A stretch of 64,000 nucleotides of DNA from Candidatus Wolframiiraptor sinensis (GTDB lineage Archaea > Thermoproteota > Nitrososphaeria_A > Caldarchaeales > Wolframiiraptoraceae). The notes under the pieces were generated by a model, which worked only from the letters and a program-made list of their open reading frames with translations, was not told the origin of the DNA and did not search any database. This document shows positions 41,844-51,973 of the stretch, in pieces. The stretch covers positions 147,548 through 211,547 of the forward strand of contig JALNKA010000001.1 of NCBI GenBank assembly GCA_023261815.1, in the 5' to 3' direction. How positions within the stretch are numbered: the stretch's first letter is position 1; the number at the start of each line of letters is the position of its first letter. Position numbers and translations under genes: made by a program.

Positions 41844-42620
41844 TCATCTTTGGCAATTCTCGCAGACGAAAGTTTTCCTGTTTATGGGCTTCTGCCTGTA
41901 GAATTTAATGGGGTATCCGCAGATCATGCAGAAACCGCTGAACCTATTATATACGTATAGCATGTCCTTTATACTCCTTCCCCGAATCTTAAGCTCTAGA
42001 AATTGCCTGCTCAACTCCCTCGTAAAGTGAATTATCTTGCGCACCTCTTCTCGAGATAGATCTCCCACCCTCCTTTCGGGATCAACGCCCGCTCTGAAAA
42101 GGATCTCATTTCTCAGAATATTTCCTATCCCTGCTACAACCGATTGATTGAGCAACACGATTCCAATCTTCTCATCCTGAAATCTAATAATGTTCTCGTA
42201 TGCACGCTCTTCATCCCATTCATCACTCAGCGGATCAGGGCCCAAGTCGAGCTTCAACCGCTCCAGAATGTGGTCTCGTGGACCGACCTCCACTATCGGT
42301 GCATTATAGACGGCAATCTTCCTGTTATTCCCGATGAGCATCAATCTAATCCTGTTCATGGGCTTGAGAAGCGACTCGCCCGCCTCGTATACGTGTATCG
42401 TGCCATACATCATTAAATGAACTCTAATGACCACATCGCAGTCGAAGAAGAATAAGATGTTCTTGCCAAGCGAATCCGATTTAACGAACCTCCTTCCAAC
42501 GATCTCTTCAACGGGGACTAAAACCTTCCTAGATCTCACAAAAACCTCCCTGATGCTTTCGCCGGAGAACTTGTTGCTAATCTCAATGGCATATGCTTTA
42601 GCCGTTGGCCCCTCAACCAC
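41844..42620 (-). CDS. Fpg/Nei DNA glycosylase with N-terminal Val
   Basis: GTG start gives MVEGPTAK; GKN, HLMMYG, LGPDPL, LLNQSVVAGIGNILRNEILF (H2TH), C-terminal C4 zinc finger. Confidence 0.9.
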   Translation of the reverse strand: MVEGPTAKAYAIEISNKFSGESIREVFVRSRKVLVPVEEIVGRRFVKSDSLGKNILFFFDCDVVIRVHLMMYGTIHVYEAGESLLKPMNRIRLMLIGNNRKIAVYNAPIVEVGPRDHILERLKLDLGPDPLSDEWDEERAYENIIRFQDEKIGIVLLNQSVVAGIGNILRNEILFRAGVDPERRVGDLSREEVRKIIHFTRELSRQFLELKIRGRSIKDMLYVYNRFSGFCMICGYPIKFYRQKPINRKTFVCENCQR

Positions 42621-42802
42621 GCTGGAAATCGGGATCACCCTAAACTTAAATCTAAAAACACAGAGCCGAAAAGAAACGTGGAGACGGTAGAAGTGGAGCT
42701 CGCATGTAATAATTCAATGCTGAATCAAGGCTTTATTTCTCGATGTGGTCCTTTAGAAGAATCCGAATATTTAAATAAGGCTAACCATAAAATGTCGCTC
42801 GC

Positions 42803-43588
42803 ATGATATCAATCAACTCAAGTTTCTTGAGATTTCTGAACATTTTAACTTATGCTCTCATGATCATTGTAAACAGACTTGCTGGCGGAACCACGATTAT
42901 TGGCGGTAAAACTACTGCCCAGATTTCTGATACAAACCCGACGCTGATAACTCCGGCTGGATGCACCTTCTCCATATGGGGTGTCATATACATTTTACTC
43001 GGAGTGTTCGTTCTTTATCAAGCATTGCCAACTCAGCAGTCAAGAGAATACGTGGACAGGATCGGCTACCTATTCTCAATCAGCAACTCGCTGAATGTCC
43101 TCTGGATCTTTCTATGGCAGTTCGAGCACCTCGCTCTCTCTGTCATAGTCATCTTCTTGCTGCTCGCCACTCTGATCATGATTTACCTCCGACTAGAAAT
43201 TGGAAAGTCTCGCGCGCCGTTGCGCGAAAGAATCGCCTTTCATGTTCCTTTCAGCGTCTATTTGGGGTGGATAACCATAGCCTCCATAGCAAATGTGGCC
43301 ATAGCTTTGGTTTCAGCCGGCTGGAGCGGCTTCGGAATAGGCCCGGAAATCTGAGCAGTGACGGCGTTGGTGGCCGCCTTGCTGATCGCACTGAGGGTTG
43401 TGATGGCGAGGAGGGATCTCGCATATGGATTCGTGGTGATGTGGGCCTTAATAGGGATAGCCGTTAATCATGGCGCAAATCAAGCCATCGTAGCCGTAAC
43501 GATGATAAGCGTCACCATACTCGCCATAATCTCAGCCATCGTAACTCTCTTAAAAGTAAGACACATCAATAAAGTCGCCTCATTCTGA
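42803..43588 (+). pseudogene. TspO/MBR-related membrane protein, in-frame TGA at 43352-43354
   Basis: ITPAG.TFSIWGVIY, LNVLWIFLWQ, FSVYLGWITIASIAN, D.AY..V..WALIGI. Confidence 0.75.
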
Positions 43589-43624
43589 AGAAACTGCCCA
43601 CTTTAAAATATCTTGAGCAGTCTG

Positions 43625-43850
43625 CACGGTAAGGAAGTTCTTCGGGGGCTCGCGGCTAAAGATGGATGCTAAGGATGGTAAGTTTGTGATCGAGGTTATT
43701 AGAGATCCATTCTTGCCGGCTTTAGAAGAGGCCCAAGTTCGGCTCAACAGCATTCAAGCAATTCTAGGAAGAATCCGAGAAGATGCAAGAGGAGATGTTT
43801 CATGAAGAAGATATTCGCTGAACTCAACATATCTCCTCCCAATATTGGGC
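43625..43850 (+). pseudogene. Degenerate AbrB-type vapB and vapC start
   Basis: KDGKFVIEVIRDPF...EESEKMQEEMFHEEDIR with frameshifts, overlapped by MKKIFA. Confidence 0.4.
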
Positions 43851-44413
43851 ATTTCAGTCAATGGTGTCGATAAGATTTTACAAGTGTTAGGGGGTCTTTA
43901 TAGATCAAATGTCATCGAAATATACTACTTGAGATAATGGGTAAGCTGAGTAAAATGAAGCATGATCTGGGCATTGTGGAGGATGGGCATTGGCGAGGAA
44001 CCAGAGATAAAAGCGCTGGTCAAGTTCTTGGAAAGAGTCGGCGAGAGGGCGAGTGCAGCAATTTTAAAGGATGAGTTTTCTGAAAACTCAGAATGGACGA
44101 AGATCTTGACTGCCAATGAATGCAGAATGCCAATTAACTGCTTCCAGCTCTAGCAACCAGATCCTGCAATCTCATACTTTCGTCAATTACCTTTAATTCT
44201 TTCTGAGGAATCGAGGTGATTTTCGAACTTTCCCTGATGGACAAAAACTCGCGTATGGGTCTTGAGTTTGCTGAAGGCAATCTAGCAGCTAGTCTGTTTC
44301 TTCTTCGAAATCTCCATTTTCATTACCACACGGACCTGCAATATTGCCGTCATCCACCATTATCTCTCTTCAGACCATTACTCTAAGTACCATTAATTGG
44401 TTATCTACGTAGC

Positions 44414-44848
44414 CTAGAATTGAGAATTAGGATGCGAAAGTATTGTTATTCCTATCTTCTCTAGATAATTCTTTAGCTTGAACTGATTTTTATCTAGAGT
44501 AAGTAGGGCTGAACCGGGTTTCCCTGAAACCGCTATTAATAAGTCGATGTCGTAAACGGTCTCTCCGCTTAGCAACACCTCTGCTTTTATCTCAGATGCG
44601 AGTCTTATTACCTCTTTGTCGACTTCATATATTGTTAACCACTTTAAAGCTTCATCAAGCCATGCAAGCTCTCTTGCGTCTCCATACTTCTTCCATAAAT
44701 AAAATGCTCCAATCATTAGCTCGTATTCTGTTAATCTACTTATCCCTATATCTTCTATCCTATCTTTTAGAGATTCTAAAGTTCTGCGTGCCTCCGGCTC
44801 TCCTTTCCTAAGTGCTATTAGAAAGCTCGTGTCGAGGAGAAGTCTCAT
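44414..44848 (-). CDS. vapC: VapC PIN-domain toxin
   Basis: LLDTSFLI, EYEL, IDLLIA, LLTLD. Confidence 0.9.
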   Translation of the reverse strand: MRLLLDTSFLIALRKGEPEARRTLESLKDRIEDIGISRLTEYELMIGAFYLWKKYGDARELAWLDEALKWLTIYEVDKEVIRLASEIKAEVLLSGETVYDIDLLIAVSGKPGSALLTLDKNQFKLKNYLEKIGITILSHPNSQF

Positions 44849-45062
44849 GGGTCCTCGCCCTAAACTCAGCTTTTACTTTCTTTATCACCTCTAGCATTTC
44901 ATTTTCGTGCCCTGTGAGGTAACTCGAGAGGGACAGAAGCCTCTCGATCCTCAGCGATACATTAGATGTGATAAGATAATTTATGATCTCCGAAAAGGAT
45001 CGTTTACCCTTTATCCTTTCTAACTTCTCATACACTTCATCGGAAATCGTTATCGTTTTCAT
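44808..45062 (-). CDS. vapB: VapB antitoxin (DUF217-like)
   Basis: MKTITISDEVYEKL..IKG.RSFSEII. Confidence 0.88.
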   Translation of the reverse strand: MKTITISDEVYEKLERIKGKRSFSEIINYLITSNVSLRIERLLSLSSYLTGHENEMLEVIKKVKAEFRARTHETSPRHELSNST

Positions 45063-45965
45063 GTAAAATACACTATACACAAGAATATATAAGATTTTCT
45101 ACTTCCCCAGCTGAATTCTCTCAGAAGCATGGAGCTGCTAGAGGACTATAAGCGAGACTCTGACGCGTATATTAAAGATTATGTTTTGATCATCCGTTGC
45201 TTGCATTATATTTAGCGTTAGCGCGATCAGAGGAGACCTCTATTAAATTAACGTTATTTGATTCTCATCAAGAGGCTGCCGAGAAGCTTGATATTCCCAC
45301 ATTTGTATCAACTATCGATTCGCATAAGTAGTCTAAACATCTGCCTTTCATTCAGGTCGTCTTAAATTCTAAATTAAATCATCTCGAATTTTGAGATCAT
45401 TCATTTTCGCTAAAGTCATAAGTCTCGGGTCCTAGTACACTTTGAAGCGACATAAAGAGACTAAAAACTGAAAGAAGGGACAAGCGAATTAGAGTATATA
45501 GGAGCTATTAAGATGAAAAGGACTGAAATATCATGAAAGGCTTTGTGAAATAATAAAAAAAGCTGAAAAGGGTAACAGTACGAATTGCAGGAGCTTAAAT
45601 GTTATTACGAGTTCTTGGCTCCTATTCTCATTAATTGTTGGAGATTTGATGGGTGGCTATGTAACTCATAAAACAATGCACACCCCTATAGAAAAATCTC
45701 TGAATTCACAATGAGCTGGATTGCTGGCGTAACAATAACATGGTTACCCGTCATCAGAAGATTACAAAGGTGCATCGAGGAATTAAAAAGATTGAAAGAT
45801 AAGATGCCGCTCTTGGAAGGGAAAGGCTGAATGTTAAAGTTTTTCTTAAAGAGATGCAACCTATCTTGAGAACCTCTTGCACAGGTTGGAATCTTGAGAG
45901 CGTATGATCCCGGAATTTGAAAACTTTATTATTCGCTATTCAATTATTCTGGCTGTCAGCAAGCT

Positions 45966-46175
45966 ATGGTTATAACTGCTTTGGTTAATGTTTTGAACTT
46001 TCATCATCCGCATGTTCAATCGATATTTAATGAGGGGTTGTGGGGTTTCCCTGAGGATAAGCTAGGGATCAATAAGAGGAAATGGGCGCTATTGGAAGTT
46101 GGTGGAGAGGTATTACTTTATGGCGAATATAAGGGAGTTAAGGGTATTTGGTTTCTTTGCAAGATTATCGATAAA
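45966..46175 (+). pseudogene. 5' part (EVE/PUA-like domain) of a nuclease gene split by inversion
   Basis: GLWGFPED..INKRKW..LEVGGEVLLY...GVKGIW..CKIIDK, ends at the left breakpoint. Confidence 0.7.
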
Positions 46176-46292
46176 GGCCTTGGAGAGAGCACCTCTTCTA
46201 AAGCCGTACTTCTCGGCAACGTACCTCCGGAACTTTTCAGCTAACCATTTTGGAAGCTCAACCTTTATCACCTCAACATTCTCTTCGCTCAA
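46176..46292 (-). pseudogene. 5' part of RHH antitoxin, inverted away from its 3' part
   Basis: TTG SEENVEVIKVELPKWLAEKFRRYVAEKYGFRRGALSKA; TATA TTTATAT at 46327-33 (minus strand). Confidence 0.72.
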
Positions 46293-46673
46293 TTTTGATC
46301 CCAAAAGTACTTTAGTACTAAAGACCATATAAACTTGCTGGAACCCCTTGAAGCAAAAAGGAAATAGTCTTCACGCAATGGATTCTCGAGATTCATAAAA
46401 GCCGTATTATTACAGGCAATAGGGAATAAGCATGAACCTCTAGTAAGTAATAGCTGGATCCAAAGCTTTCTAGATGTATGAAGCAAGGAATGAATATTCT
46501 CGACCGGTCTTATTTCAAAAATTCTCTAGCATCACATCATGATCTTGAAACTCACCCCTTTCTTGTCCTCTGACCATACAAGAGCCCCGCAAATTATCTC
46601 AAAGCTTTAAGTGCAAGATTTTTCCTCGAAGTAGTCAAGAATACTAAATGCTGAAAGGTAAGCTGACCGCACC

Positions 46674-47370
46674 TCAAACTAGCTTGAGCTTTGTTTCAAG
46701 CTCCTTGATCCTTCGCTTCTCCTCATAGTATTCCTTTATTTCCTTCCAAGAGATTATCCTGAAAATGTCTTTCAGCTCATGGAAAGAGCCTTCTATCCAT
46801 TTCTTCACTTCAGCAATCTGATTGTCGTCAGTTACTAGAACTGGTATTGAGTTCCAAAAGATCAAAGGCATGCTTGAGCTTGCTTAAGGATTCGAAAAGA
46901 TTTCCTCCAAGCTGAATTTCAAACACCACTGAGGGAACACTCTTGGGAGTTCTCTTCCAGACCACGTCGAGCCTTTTATTCTCCAACGGGTATTCTTTCT
47001 GAGGAAATCTATTCTGAATTAAGCCGACTTGATAGATTATCTCTTTGATCTTTTCATGATCGGGTTTATCAACGATTATTCCAGTATTTCTGATGTTCAA
47101 TTCTTCTTTCATCCGCTCAAAGATTCTATAGTCATATGATACATAGTGTCTTCTTTCGTCACCAAAGAGTATTAATGACCACCTGTCGGTTTTCGCTTTG
47201 AAGATTCTAACACCGAATAATGGCACGAGCTCCTCTCTTCGCAGCGGCTTTATCTTATCAAGTAGCTCCAGATCAAGCTTTTCGTAAGGCGAAACAGCTC
47301 TGAGCTTTACCTGCCAGGGATAACCGGTTGGATTTTTAATCCAATAATTCACCGGAGAACGAGATCCGAA
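46674..47370 (-). pseudogene. 3' part of EVE-like/PD-(D/E)xK nuclease; extra base at 46856-59
   Basis: YW...TGYPWQVKL, then KEYPL...RLDVVW...VFEIQ..GNL..SL.KLKHAFDL|WNSIPVLV. Confidence 0.7.
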
Positions 47371-47532
47371 TTAGCAGATATTATCGAGAGAGAGCTCGGA
47401 ACTGGATGGAGCTCAGGTTCCGGTAATGTGAACGCAATAGTAGGTCTAGGCTTATTATCTGATTATGAATGGTGGGGTGAAGATCTCGTTGAAGCGCTCA
47501 GAAGGAAATACAGTTTACCTGATAGATGCTAA
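47371..47532 (+). pseudogene. 3' part of antitoxin
   Basis: LADIIERELG...VNAIVGLGLLSDYEWWGEDLVEALRRKYSLPDRC*, overlapping the vapC start. Confidence 0.7.
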
Positions 47533-47908
47533 TGTACTCCTCGAGGTCCTTTACAAGAGGAGCCGTTGGGAGGAATCATATAAGTTATTGAACAAAGTCA
47601 AAGAGGGCTCGATAAAAGCATTGATGCTGCATTTCGTGATTCACGGGATCTCAGCGATACTTGGAAAACCTGATTTAGCGGCTAAGCCATTAGCCGAAAT
47701 TCTCTCATGGCGTGGTCTAACAATTGTAGATCTATCCGTAAGCGATGAACTTACTGCATGTGAAATAGCAAGCAGGCTAGGTCTCGATTTTGATGATGGA
47801 TTGCATTACCACTTCGCGAAGACCAGGAATTTATCCATCATAAGTTTTGATAAAGATTTTGATAACCTTGATATTAGAAGAATTGAACCACATGAGATCA
47901 CAGTTTGA
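47489..47908 (+). CDS. vapC: VapC PIN-domain toxin (currently cut off from its promoter and antitoxin)
   Basis: YLIDANVLLE, LDFDDGLHY, ISFDKDFD; SD GGGGTGA before TTG. Confidence 0.87.
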   Translation: MKRSEGNTVYLIDANVLLEVLYKRSRWEESYKLLNKVKEGSIKALMLHFVIHGISAILGKPDLAAKPLAEILSWRGLTIVDLSVSDELTACEIASRLGLDFDDGLHYHFAKTRNLSIISFDKDFDNLDIRRIEPHEITV

Positions 47909-47976
47909 AAAGCGTAGTTTGGCACCATAGTTCTGTAGTTAATGCTGCATTACAGGGGCTGCTGATCTGGTGCTTT

Positions 47977-48369
47977 TTAAATGATTATAGCCTCTATGTC
48001 CAGATATTTTGCTACTTTTTCAAAGTCCCTATCCTTTGTAATTATTTTATCGATTCCGTTATGAAGCATTATTCCAAGGATCATTATATCGAATTCGTTT
48101 ATCTTTTCACCGATTTTCTCGAGTTTTTCATGGATCATCGCGGCCTTCTCCGCGGAATACGAGTCGAGAGGTAAGACGTCGAAGCTCCTGAAGAAACGCG
48201 TGAATGCCATTTCCTCGGATTTGCTCATCCTCGATCTCCTCCTGAAGATTTCGTATACCGTTATCGCCGTCGTCTTCGCGCCTTCACGATCGATCTCCGG
48301 TAAGAATCTTTCCACGGTGCTTGGTCGTCGAAGTAGCTCTATCACGAACGACGTATCTATGAGGAACAT
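47977..48369 (-). CDS. vapC: VapC PIN-domain toxin
   Basis: LIDTSFVI, TVYEI, FDIMI, ITKDRDF. Confidence 0.9.
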   Translation of the reverse strand: MFLIDTSFVIELLRRPSTVERFLPEIDREGAKTTAITVYEIFRRRSRMSKSEEMAFTRFFRSFDVLPLDSYSAEKAAMIHEKLEKIGEKINEFDIMILGIMLHNGIDKIITKDRDFEKVAKYLDIEAIII

Positions 48370-48587
48370 TGGGAACTACCCCTCACTTTTATCGACCTTC
48401 TTGATTCCAAAATCTCCTTATCTAACTCGTCTAACCACTCTGAGTCCTTTAAAATACCAGCAAAATCCCTCAAGCTTGGGCGTCTCTCCTCCAGAATCCT
48501 TTCCAGCAAATCGGAGAAGCTTTCGCCTTCCTTCTTCAACTTCACGAGTTTTTCATAAACTTCCTCTCTTATCGTTAATGTTTTCAT
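48357..48587 (-). CDS. vapB: VapB antitoxin (DUF217-like)
   Basis: MKTLTIREEVYEKL..LKKEGESFSDLLER; 14-bp palindrome ATGTATTAATACAT at 48586-99. Confidence 0.9.
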   Translation of the reverse strand: MKTLTIREEVYEKLVKLKKEGESFSDLLERILEERRPSLRDFAGILKDSEWLDELDKEILESRRSIKVRGSSQCSS

Positions 48588-49213
48588 GTATTAATACATT
48601 TATAAACTAACTAATAAATATCTCTACCCACTATGAATGTGGCGTCGAGGAGGAGCATTTAAACGGCCCCTCACTTGCATCAAATCTAGTACACTCCTCT
48701 ATGGGAGCATCAAGTTTTGGGATTACAGGCTTCATCAGGGTCTTTATCTGCCCCTCCGCCCGTAGCGCCATTATTAGAGCGTGAATCACTTCATCCATCC
48801 CAGCAATGACCTCGTGAACAGTCTCTCGACAGCTTTTCAGTAATCCCTAGCATTCACGTTGATCTCAACGGGATGAAATATTAAAAAGCATCTGATAAAT
48901 AAACAAAACCAAAAGTTATGGGCTTCCGTAGGGATTATAGAAATTTTGTTGCTGTGCTCCTTATATACTCCATGCTTCTAGGATAGCTACTCATAAGATT
49001 AACAATTTCCCCCAGCCATAAACAATGTCAACCACCGCCTCAAATTCGTCGTACTTCATTCTCGCGAAAGATGCCTGGTGTTCAATGTCTCTCCTCCGAC
49101 GATCTTGGACTTTTATTCCTCGTTGACTCCATCTCGATCTCCTCGGGACCTCATCCATTTACTGGGGGTTGTACTTGATAGCATTGGAGAGCTGATTATG
49201 GATGGTTGTAATT

Positions 49214-49570
49214 CTAAAGCAGATAGCCTCCTTCAGGGCCTACTACTTCGAGTTTTCCCGTCAGAAGGTTCGGTCTCAGGCCTAGTGTTTCCAATGCGAA
49301 GATCCCTAATAGGGGTGTTGGGACATCGAGTTCAGCAACGAAGACTGGGCCCTTTCTCCCCTCGACTTCGGCCTCGGCCACAAATAGTCTAGCCTTTAGC
49401 CTTCTCCTATCAGCCAATGTGAGCTCCACCTCATAGCCGGTCGAGGTTAATTCGAGCTCCGAAATGGTCTTGGGATCCAACACTATGTAGGATGCACCGG
49501 CATCCACTAAAGCCCTGACAACCTTTTCCCTCCTCCCCCTGATTATGATATCGCAGTACACGTAACCCAC
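49214..49570 (-). CDS. Clan AA (retropepsin-like) aspartyl protease
   Basis: ALVDAGASYIVL, LADRR, PLLG..ALE.LGL. Confidence 0.8.
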   Translation of the reverse strand: MGYVYCDIIIRGRREKVVRALVDAGASYIVLDPKTISELELTSTGYEVELTLADRRRLKARLFVAEAEVEGRKGPVFVAELDVPTPLLGIFALETLGLRPNLLTGKLEVVGPEGGYLL

Positions 49571-49816
49571 AAGATAGTACGCTGTCCACGCGAATTTAAG
49601 CATTGAAAGCAAGTTTTTCAGAGAGTTGTCAAATAATCTCAATTTTTTAGCTAACCTGATTGCTTTCTTTTTGCTAATCACTTTCTCATTCTAGCGAGCT
49701 CTTCATCGTCTGTTCTTTAATAACTCGAAAATCAACGCGTTTTGAGCCAAAGCAGGTAAATGTGAATTTAGGAGGAATACTGCTTTAATTCACTATCCCT
49801 TCTCCTCATGAGATTT

Positions 49817-51973
49817 TTATTTTTCATTTTTCAAAATCACGCTCAGAATTGTTTCGCTCGCTCTTTTCAATAACTTAATATATTCACTGCTATCGTAAAT
49901 TCCGGGATTTAATATTAGCGGAATTGTTCTTAAGGGTTCCGGCCCAGCAATTATGTATGCCACTTCTTGACCAGGTCTTACTCTAAGACCAGCTTTTTCA
50001 AGTTTCTTGATGGTGATCGCTCCTCTCGACTTGACTAGGTACTCATCTGGATATTTGGTGACGACTCGCCTTACTGCCAAGTCTCCGATGTTGACTTCGC
50101 CCAATATTATTTTCCTCACATACTCGTTGTAAATTTCTAGGCATTCTAGGGCCTTGATCCTCAGCTCTTCGGGAGAGTTTGCCTCAGCCAACTTTTTCAA
50201 CATCCTTAACTGCATATCCTTGACTATCTTCGGACAATCTCTTCTCCTAGCTTCGATGCCGCGATACTTTAATCTGCCATCTTGGAAAACCCCGAAATAT
50301 CTGCTGTTTACGGGCTTATTGGGATTTGCTCTTGAAGGCAGGAAAGCAATCCACTTGTAGATGCCCTCATAGCTCAATGGTAATCCTAGTTCTCCTTCGA
50401 TTTTCTTGACAAGCTTAAGGTAATCTACCTCCGAAGCATCTTCCTTCTTAACCCATAGGGAATCGACTATTCCGTGAATCACTTTGAAGCCCATTTTCTC
50501 AGCGATCTTGACAGCTTTCAGGAGGGTGGCCCTGGCTAAGGCGCAGACCGCTAGGTGAGCCTCCCTCGAGCCAAATTTCGCCTTCTTAAATCCGAGATAT
50601 CCGAAGGACGTGACTAGAATCCATTTTAGAGCATCCGACCTTTTCTCGTAGATCTTCTTAAGCTCCAGGTCATTGACTTCTCTGGAAAGCAGCTTATAGC
50701 TTAGTCTCTTTTTGAGAGGAAGCTCAATGGTCCTAGGAACGACCCCCCTCCACCGCTTGCAAATGTGAAACCCTAAATCGGGAACTTCGTATCCATTATT
50801 TCTGCAGCATTCACAGTTTACTGTCTCGCCAGAGATGTTATATCTTAGCATGAGCAAGGGATAAAGACTCTTGAAGTCTATCTCGGCAACATTCCAGTGG
50901 ATTCCGATTCTTGCATCTAGGATCAAGCCACCTCTATCAGCTCTAATAAGAGTACGCCCATCCATGTAAACCGGTTTGCTGGGGATTCGCGGAAGAAGCA
51001 CTCCAAGCTTGTATGCCTGATAGTATTGGAGGGAGGACATGCATGATCCTATAGTGCGTCGAGCTGCATCCTGTATCGGGATTCTGGTAATTCTGGCCAC
51101 CTCGATGACACCCTCTAATCCCGTCTCCTCGTAAAGCATTGAGTTGGAGGAATCTAAATGAAGTCTCCCCCTGAGCTTTATCCCTTTGAACCTATGATAG
51201 ATCCTGCCATAACTAAAGTACGAGGATGATCTTATCCGGATCCTTCTCGGGTCGCTTAATCTACCGAGTCGAAATCTAACGCGGTTCAACTTGGCGCGAT
51301 AGTGAAGGTATGGGATGAGGAAGGAATCTCCGCGATCCGTTATGATAATGTCCAGATCAAGCTCGTCTAATAATTTGGTGAGCGTCTCTAAGATCCGGTC
51401 CTCCGGTCCATCCAATGCTATCTCCTCGTTCTCGTGCTTCACTATGATCTTCTTGAGGCGATCTTTGAAAGATGGTGTTATGCCGCCCGCCTCGAGCTCG
51501 GCTTCTAGGAAGCCCATTTTCAGCCAGCTCAAATCATAATCTAAATCCTCGACCGAGTCCAAAGCCCTGATCTCTCCATCTCTTATTTCGACATAGGCAG
51601 TTGGGTAAAGATCATGTTCGTAGAGGAATTCCTGCATTGAAGGCAAATCAACATTGTAAACTTGGAATTGACCATGATTTCCCATATCTAGAATCAGCTT
51701 AGCAGTCCGCCTCTTCCCCCCTATCGGAACATTGACCTCTAGGACGGTCTCGAGAGGCGCTCCGGGTCTAGGCGACCTTTCCACAAAATTCACTCCATAT
51801 ATTCGTGAGAGGATTCCTGCTAGTTCGATCAATCTCTCTAATGATCCTCTAATGTAGACTTTTGGAGACCATTTTAGCTCATGGAGGTGAACGCTTCTTC
51901 TGAGATCCTTTATCCATAAACCGATGCTGCTGTTTCCAATTGGGTGGAGGTCAAGGAGCCAGCCTCGCGTCAA
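49817..51973 (-). CDS. polB2: Family B DNA polymerase, PolB2 (Dpo2-like) group
   Basis: DFKSLYP, LKWILVTSFGYLG, HGIVDS in place of YGDTDS, RYFG, GIEARRRD; degenerate exonuclease. Confidence 0.88.
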   Translation of the reverse strand: MTRGWLLDLHPIGNSSIGLWIKDLRRSVHLHELKWSPKVYIRGSLERLIELAGILSRIYGVNFVERSPRPGAPLETVLEVNVPIGGKRRTAKLILDMGNHGQFQVYNVDLPSMQEFLYEHDLYPTAYVEIRDGEIRALDSVEDLDYDLSWLKMGFLEAELEAGGITPSFKDRLKKIIVKHENEEIALDGPEDRILETLTKLLDELDLDIIITDRGDSFLIPYLHYRAKLNRVRFRLGRLSDPRRIRIRSSSYFSYGRIYHRFKGIKLRGRLHLDSSNSMLYEETGLEGVIEVARITRIPIQDAARRTIGSCMSSLQYYQAYKLGVLLPRIPSKPVYMDGRTLIRADRGGLILDARIGIHWNVAEIDFKSLYPLLMLRYNISGETVNCECCRNNGYEVPDLGFHICKRWRGVVPRTIELPLKKRLSYKLLSREVNDLELKKIYEKRSDALKWILVTSFGYLGFKKAKFGSREAHLAVCALARATLLKAVKIAEKMGFKVIHGIVDSLWVKKEDASEVDYLKLVKKIEGELGLPLSYEGIYKWIAFLPSRANPNKPVNSRYFGVFQDGRLKYRGIEARRRDCPKIVKDMQLRMLKKLAEANSPEELRIKALECLEIYNEYVRKIILGEVNIGDLAVRRVVTKYPDEYLVKSRGAITIKKLEKAGLRVRPGQEVAYIIAGPEPLRTIPLILNPGIYDSSEYIKLLKRASETILSVILKNEK

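Larger units (their letters stand above)
46176..47370. other. Precisely inverted 1,195-bp segment
   Basis: Reversal yields GAT AAA|TTC GGA TCT CGT (DK|FGSRSPVNYW) and AAG GCC|TTA GCA GAT (SKA|LADIIERE), both in frame. Confidence 0.8.

Noticed and set aside
43352-43354. Stop-codon recoding (TGA in the TspO-like gene, TAA at 37114)
   Set aside because: TGA and TAA terminate many normal genes here; single TGG-to-TGA and TAY-to-TAA substitutions explain both
46113-46328. ORFs 45966-46244 and 46113-46328 as complete genes
   Set aside because: Both are chimeric read-throughs across the inversion breakpoint at 46175/46176
46160-47390. Classical invertase inverted repeats at the inversion ends
   Set aside because: Only 2-bp microhomology and weak TATC similarity; no 10-30 bp IR, so a Hin/Fim-type site cannot be claimed
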